From Mobula hypostoma (lineage: Eukaryota), in the NCBI RefSeq assembly GCF_963921235.1, contig NC_086097.1, positions 207,826,001 through 207,890,000 of the forward strand: DNA of 64,000 nucleotides. The letters are read 5' to 3'. The translations under genes and the position numbers were made by a program. The notes beneath the pieces were generated by a model that searched no databases, was not told the origin of the DNA, and saw only the letters and a program-made list of their open reading frames with translations. Below, in pieces: positions 60,806 through 64,000 of the stretch (position 1 is its first letter; every line of letters starts with the position of its first letter).

Positions 60806-62486
60806 GCACTTTTTAAATAAAAAATGGTAGAAGGCCTGTGGAAAGTAAACATGAGTAAGGTTCTCTTGTGCTTCTATAGGATAAATATTTCATAGCCATA
60901 TGTAGTAGTGAGACATTATGATAAATATCAAGTGATCAATCCTCCAGAAATAATGTGTTTGGAATGTGTTTGCCTCTGCACATGGAAGTTGCTCCCCTGT
61001 TTCCTTGCAAAGGACTTACTTTGGTGCTTCTTTTGGAGAATAATGTCAGAATTGCACAGCTGGATTTTTTGACCAGGAAATGAGGGCAAGCACCATCTAA
61101 AGTTTCTAACTCATATTTTCCCACAGAACAATTTCTACTCTTGCAAATGCATATAGCAATTTGATTATTCTGCTTGACCTTTTATTTAGAGCTCACTTTT
61201 TTTAAATTAAGTAAGTAGGCCAGAAGTCTGTCATTTAAGTTTAGATTTAGAAAGTGATTGTTGGTTATTGGTGAGGCACATCACTATGTTTACAACAATG
61301 CACTCTCATAATTACTTAATCCTGAAAAATACCTGCCATTTGTCACATCTCTTTGCATCTTTCTGGAGAAGCTAATACAAGATCTGCACATAATGTAGAA
61401 GACTTGGAGTTTCCTTGATATCTTACTACAAAAATAAAAGGTTGTAGTTACTTCTGGAGCTATAATGCCAGGTATATGGTACTGTGCTGAGATGTGGATG
61501 ACCCATGCAGGTTAGTTCTACCTGATATTCTACTTTGATATAGATATCATGCACCTATGGATTAGTTAGGCCATTACCTTCAAATCCTAGAGGTATGAGT
61601 AACAACACCTGTATTTTGAGCAAGACACACACAATATTGGAAGAACTCGGGTCAGGCAGCATCTACGGAAACAAATAGTTGCCTGTATCTTAACCTGTGT
61701 CTGAAACCTGGATGGCAATGTTCTTCCAAATGTGAATCCCAATAACACCAATACTGCAACTTATGCACTAGTGAAACAAAAGACTTCAGGTGAGTCACAG
61801 ATGTACAGCAAAAGATTTACACACTTCACCAATGTGCATAGCAAAGGAAACAATTTTGTAATAACTAAGAATGGGAGATATTGTTCACTCCAATGGGTTA
61901 TACTGAGGCCTCCAGATAAGATTATGATTCTACAATCATCTCTCAAAAATATTTAGTTCCATTATTTGCATTTTACCTGCCACTACACCAGTAGATCAAG
62001 AGAGAAAATAATTCTCTGGCATGACTATGATGGAAGTTGGGACAATCTTTTCTCCTTTGGATACTATGGAAACCAACATAATATGTCTTCAGTTTGTTAC
62101 TCAGAGCAGAAGTTGTCCTTCACACCGCTCTGCAGTTCATTCTTCATGGATCTCAATTGTGCAAGATGTGTTGAAGCTTTGTTTCCATCCAGTTGCTTGC
62201 AATCCTGTATTTTGTTACAGGCCTTAAAGCAACTGTGTAATAACAATTGTCTAATGCTAGCTGGAGAGTACTCTTTACATGCTACCTTCAAAGCATATGA
62301 AGTAGAAATGAATAGAAGCACCAATTCTGTCATCACTAGTTAACCCATACAGACACAGCTGTGTGAGAGATAATTAGCTCTAACTCACAACGATAATAAC
62401 TGGTCAGTCTGACTATTTGTGGATGCAGCACTGTACAGCTGCAACTCTATAGTGATTGTCTATGAATAAAACTTCATCTTTCATTT

Positions 62487-64000
62487 TCATAGAAACATAG
62501 AAAACCTACAGCACAATACAGACCCTTCAGCTCACAAAGCTGCGCCGAACATGTCCTGACCTGAGAACTAACTGGGCATACCCATAGCCCTCTATTTTTC
62601 TAAGCCCCATGTACCTATCCAGGAGTCTCTTAAAAGACCCTATTGTTTCCGCCTCCACCGCTGCCGGCAGCCCATTCCACGCACTCACCACTCTGTGTAG
62701 TTTAAAAAAAAAAAATACTCCTGATATCTCCTCTGTACCTATTTCCAAGCACCTTAAAACTATGCCCTCTCCAGCTAGACATTTCAGCCCTGGGGAAAAA
62801 GCCTCTGACTATCCACATGATCAATGCCTCTCATTATCTTGTATACCTCTATCAGGTCACCTCTCAATCTCTGTCATTCCAAGGAGAAAAGGCTCAGTTC
62901 ACTCAACCTGTTCTTATAAGGCATGCTCCCCAATCCAGGCAGCATCCTTGGAAATCACTTCTGCACCCTTTCTATGGTTTCCATGTCCTTTCTGTAGTGA
63001 GGCGATCAGAATTGAGCACAGTACGCCGTGGGGTCTGACCAGGGTCCTATAAAGCTGTAACATTACCTCTCGGCTCTTAAACTCAATCCCACGATTAATG
63101 AAGGCCAATTCACCATATGCTACCTTAACCACAAAGTCAGCCTGCTTTGCGGCTTTGAGTGTCCTATGGACTCAGACCCCAAGATTCCCCTGATCCTCCA
63201 CACTGCCAAGAGTCTTACCATTAATGCTTTATTCTGCCATCACATTTGACCTACCAAAATGAACCACCTCACACTTATCTGGGTTGAACTCCATCTGCCA
63301 TTTCTCAGCCCAGTTTTGCATCCTATCAATGTCCCATTGTAACCTCTGACAGTTTTCAACATTATCCACAACACCCCCAACCAATGTGCCATCAGCAAAT
63401 TTACTAATCCATCCCTGCACTTCCTCATGCAGGTCATTTATAAAAATCACAAAGTATAGGGGTCCCAGAACAGATCCCACTGGTCACTGACCTCCATGCA
63501 GAATATGACCCATCTACAACCAGTCTTTGCCTTCTGTGGGCAAGCCAGTTCTGGATCCACAAAGCAATGTCCCCTTGGATCCCATGCCTCCTGACTTTCT
63601 CAATAAGCCTTGCATGGGGTACTTTATCAAATACCTTGCTGAAATCCATATACACTACATCTACTGCTCTTCCTTCATCAATGTGTTCAGTCACATCCTC
63701 AAAAAATTCAATCAAGCTCGTAAGGCACAACTTGCCTTTGACAAAGCCATGCTGACCATTCCTAACCATATTATGCCTCTCCAAATATTCATAAATCCTG
63801 CCTCAGGATCTTCTCCATCAACTTACCAACCACTGAAGTAAGACTCACTGGCCTATAACTTCCTGGGCTAACCCTACTTCCTTTCTTGAATAAGGGGACA
63901 ACATCCACAACCCTCCAATCCTCTGGAACTTCTCTTGTCCTCACTGATGATGCAAAGATCATCGCTAGAGGCTCAGCAAATGCCTCCCTCACTTCCCACA
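62487..64000 (-). mobile_element. CR1 LINE (continues past the window end)
   Basis: RT ORF fragments 63789-63992, 63434-63784, 63229-63480 and 62914-63132. (CATAGAAA)n tail. Confidence 0.93.

Noticed and set aside
61966..62343. 125-aa + strand ORF
   Set aside because: Non-ATG start, no motif, and composition typical of random AT-rich DNA.

Overview
Vertebrate genomic DNA, most likely a cartilaginous fish (ray or shark; inferred from the CR1, Rex1/Babar, V-SINE, Deu-SINE and Penelope repeat mix). The only host gene I can support is a kappa-type opioid receptor (oprk1-like) on the minus strand. It has a probable 5' non-coding exon (donor at 12334), coding exon 1 (12146-11884) and the 353-bp coding exon 2 (6856-6504). 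The last coding exon (TM5-TM7) was not found and presumably lies left of position 1. The ~51 kb upstream is a repeat-rich interval with no recognisable host exons. Main observations: (1) a buried class I-like endogenous retrovirus at 18989-27163 with paired LTRs, GTAG TSD, tRNA-Pro-like PBS, gag with two CCHC knuckles, and protease joined to the integrase C-terminal module (RT/RH/IN core/env absent), interrupted by at least 4 later insertions; (2) a miniature Gypsy-type LTR element with a 171-bp interior; (3) a 20-bp near-perfect inverted repeat bracketing the receptor's first exons; (4) a Rex/Babar LINE with twin-priming-type 5' inversion; (5) Penelope-type minimal hammerhead cores; (6) unusual receptor pocket residues (Tyr2.63, Ala3.29). 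All assignments are by eye, no searches were run, and repeat boundaries are approximate.
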